From the NCBI GenBank assembly GCA_964384415.1, contig CAYLMV010000004.1, positions 6,103 through 70,102 on the forward strand: a stretch of 64,000 nucleotides of DNA, in the 5' to 3' direction. A program made the translations under genes and the position numbers. This DNA comes from an uncultured Chitinophagaceae bacterium (lineage in GTDB: Bacteria > Bacteroidota > Ignavibacteria > UBA10030 > UBA8401). Below, in pieces: positions 62,759 through 64,000 of the stretch. Within the stretch, counting starts at the first letter, position 1. The number at the start of each line of letters is the position of its first letter. The notes below the pieces were generated by a model, which saw only the letters and a program-made list of their open reading frames with translations, was not told the origin of the DNA and did not search any database.

Positions 62759-63969
62759 TGAAACTTCCCGTCTACATGGACAATCATGCTACAACGCCGG
62801 CGGACCCGAGAGTGGTTGAAGCGATGATGCCGTATTTCACGGAGCGTTTTGGAAACGCCGCGAGCCATCAGCACCGTTTCGGTTGGGAAGCTGACGGGGC
62901 TGTTGAGCATGCCAGAAAGACAATCGCACGTGCGATCAATGCCGATTCGAAGGAAATTGTATTTACGAGCGGGGCGACAGAGGCGAACAACCTGGTTCTC
63001 AAAGGGGTTGCAGAAGCATTGCGCGCAAAGGGAAATCACATCGTCACTTCAAAAACCGAACACCGTTCGGTGCTGGATGTCTGTGCAGTACTTGAAAAGA
63101 GCGGATTCCGGGTCAGTTACATTGATGCGGATGAACATGGAATCGTCCATCCTGAGTCCGTTCGAGAGGCAATCACTGACGATACGGTTCTCGTATCTGT
63201 CATGATGGCGAACAACGAAATCGGATCAATTGCCCCCATCGCGGAGATCGGCAAACTGTGTCTCGAGAAGGGAGTTCTCTTCCATTCGGACGCGACGCAG
63301 GCGTTCGGCAAGACTGCTGTCGATGTTCGCTCGATGAACATTCATCTTCTCTCGATGAGCGCGCACAAGATGTATGGTCCCAAGGGAATCGGCGCGCTCT
63401 ACGTCCGTTCGAAAAACCCCCGCGTTCGGGTTGTTCAGCAGCAAGATGGCGGCGGACACGAACAAGGAATGCGTTCCGGCACTTTGAATGTTCCGGCCAT
63501 TGTCGGATTCGGAAGAGCGGTCGAAATCGCCATGAGGGAGTTGCCTGAAGAATCTGCCAGGGTGGCATCGCTGCGCGACAGGCTTGAAACGCGCCTGCTC
63601 TCGATAGACGGAGTTCGGCGCAACGGTCATTCGGAGCATCGTCTCTATAGCACGATCAGTGTTACAATACCGTTCGTTACAGCGGACAATTTGATATCTG
63701 AGCTGAAAAATGACGTTGCTCTTTCATCAGGATCTGCCTGTTCCTCGGCCGATCGCGATGCGGGGAAAGTCTCGCACGTTCTCTCTGCCATCGGCCTCGA
63801 TAGTGACAGCGCTCGGTGCACCATCCGCATAGGATTGGGACGATTCACCACGGTCGAAGAAGTCGAGTACGTAAGTTCAAAGATCGGGGATGCGGTCGCA
63901 TCGCTTCGGGCATCATCCCCCCAATATCAGATGAGCAAAAAAAACGAATCGCATAAGATGACGGCGTAA
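62758..63969 (+). CDS. iscS: Cysteine desulfurase, class I (IscS/NifS type)
   Basis: It has YMDNHATTPADPRVVEAM, FTSGATEANN, the PLP-lysine motif SAHKMYGPKGIGALY, and the active-site loop SSGSACSS. Confidence 0.9.
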   Translation: MKLPVYMDNHATTPADPRVVEAMMPYFTERFGNAASHQHRFGWEADGAVEHARKTIARAINADSKEIVFTSGATEANNLVLKGVAEALRAKGNHIVTSKTEHRSVLDVCAVLEKSGFRVSYIDADEHGIVHPESVREAITDDTVLVSVMMANNEIGSIAPIAEIGKLCLEKGVLFHSDATQAFGKTAVDVRSMNIHLLSMSAHKMYGPKGIGALYVRSKNPRVRVVQQQDGGGHEQGMRSGTLNVPAIVGFGRAVEIAMRELPEESARVASLRDRLETRLLSIDGVRRNGHSEHRLYSTISVTIPFVTADNLISELKNDVALSSGSACSSADRDAGKVSHVLSAIGLDSDSARCTIRIGLGRFTTVEEVEYVSSKIGDAVASLRASSPQYQMSKKNESHKMTA

Positions 63970-64000
63970 TCCTCAATAGGGAAAGAACGACTCCATTATG

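Noticed and set aside
1-64000. Mobile elements, prophage, CRISPR arrays, tRNA/rRNA genes and toxin-antitoxin pairs
   Set aside because: I looked through all the large intergenic regions (24.7, 25.4, 29.9, 35.7, 45.5, 52.2, 57.5 and 61.8 kb) and the ORF list. I found no integrase, transposase or Cas motifs, no direct-repeat/spacer arrays and no cloverleaf-like sequences. The window appears to be core chromosome.

Overview
This is a gene-dense 64-kb chromosomal segment with about 50 CDS. I recognised no rRNA, tRNA, CRISPR array, transposase or integrase.

The gene content looks FCB-group and Ignavibacteria-like. It has T9SS C-terminal sorting domains, a PorV/PorQ-like gene, futalosine-type menaquinone genes, bshA, a sigma-54 enhancer-binding regulator, and a GH144/GH35/GH3/GH94 cluster resembling the beta-1,2-glucan locus I recall from Ignavibacterium album.

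Layout:
- 1-22.8 kb: a co-oriented, tightly packed glycan-utilisation locus. It runs outer-membrane barrel, 1,097-aa T9SS cargo, PorV-like protein, GH94 phosphorylase, two tandem GH144-like endo-beta-1,2-glucanases, GH43+discoidin, a cytoplasmic GH35-like protein, GH3, a CUT1 ABC importer without an ATPase, and a 1,047-aa CBM/discoidin/(alpha/alpha)6 protein.
- 22.8-35.6 kb: a parvulin-type PPIase, a small secreted orphan, a PAS histidine kinase with a sigma-54 (NtrC-type) response regulator, a divergent isoprenoid-synthase-like protein, and a TonB-dependent receptor / beta-helix T9SS cargo / purple-acid-phosphatase-like trio.
- 35.9-45.5 kb: a two-armed, convergent futalosine-pathway supercluster. 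It contains two passenger genes (an ABC transmembrane domain with no ATPase, and a TIR-like/nucleoside-deoxyribosyltransferase-like protein) and an MqnE-MqnA fusion.
- 45.8-64 kb: housekeeping genes (IDH, DusB, Acs, Ogt, UvrD/PcrA, BshA, porin, AckA, Hbd, IscR/IscS).

The most interesting candidate is the TIR-like/NDT-like gene. It sits exactly between mqnE-mqnA and mqnC, at the pathway position of the nucleosidase step (MqnB/MTAN), and no nucleosidase gene is present in the window.

Other points worth a second look:
- the uncharacterised outer-membrane module co-transcribed with the beta-1,2-glucan genes
- the unclassified 1,047-aa putative glycoside hydrolase
- the divergent isoprenoid-synthase-like protein
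- recurrent G-poor CCAT/TTCC-repeat tracts immediately after stop codons, including an 88-nt heptad repeat that fills the gap between convergent genes

All family assignments rest on motif recognition by eye and on memory of family signatures. No database search or computation was run. The ORF track uses alternative start codons, so several starts were re-picked and remain uncertain.
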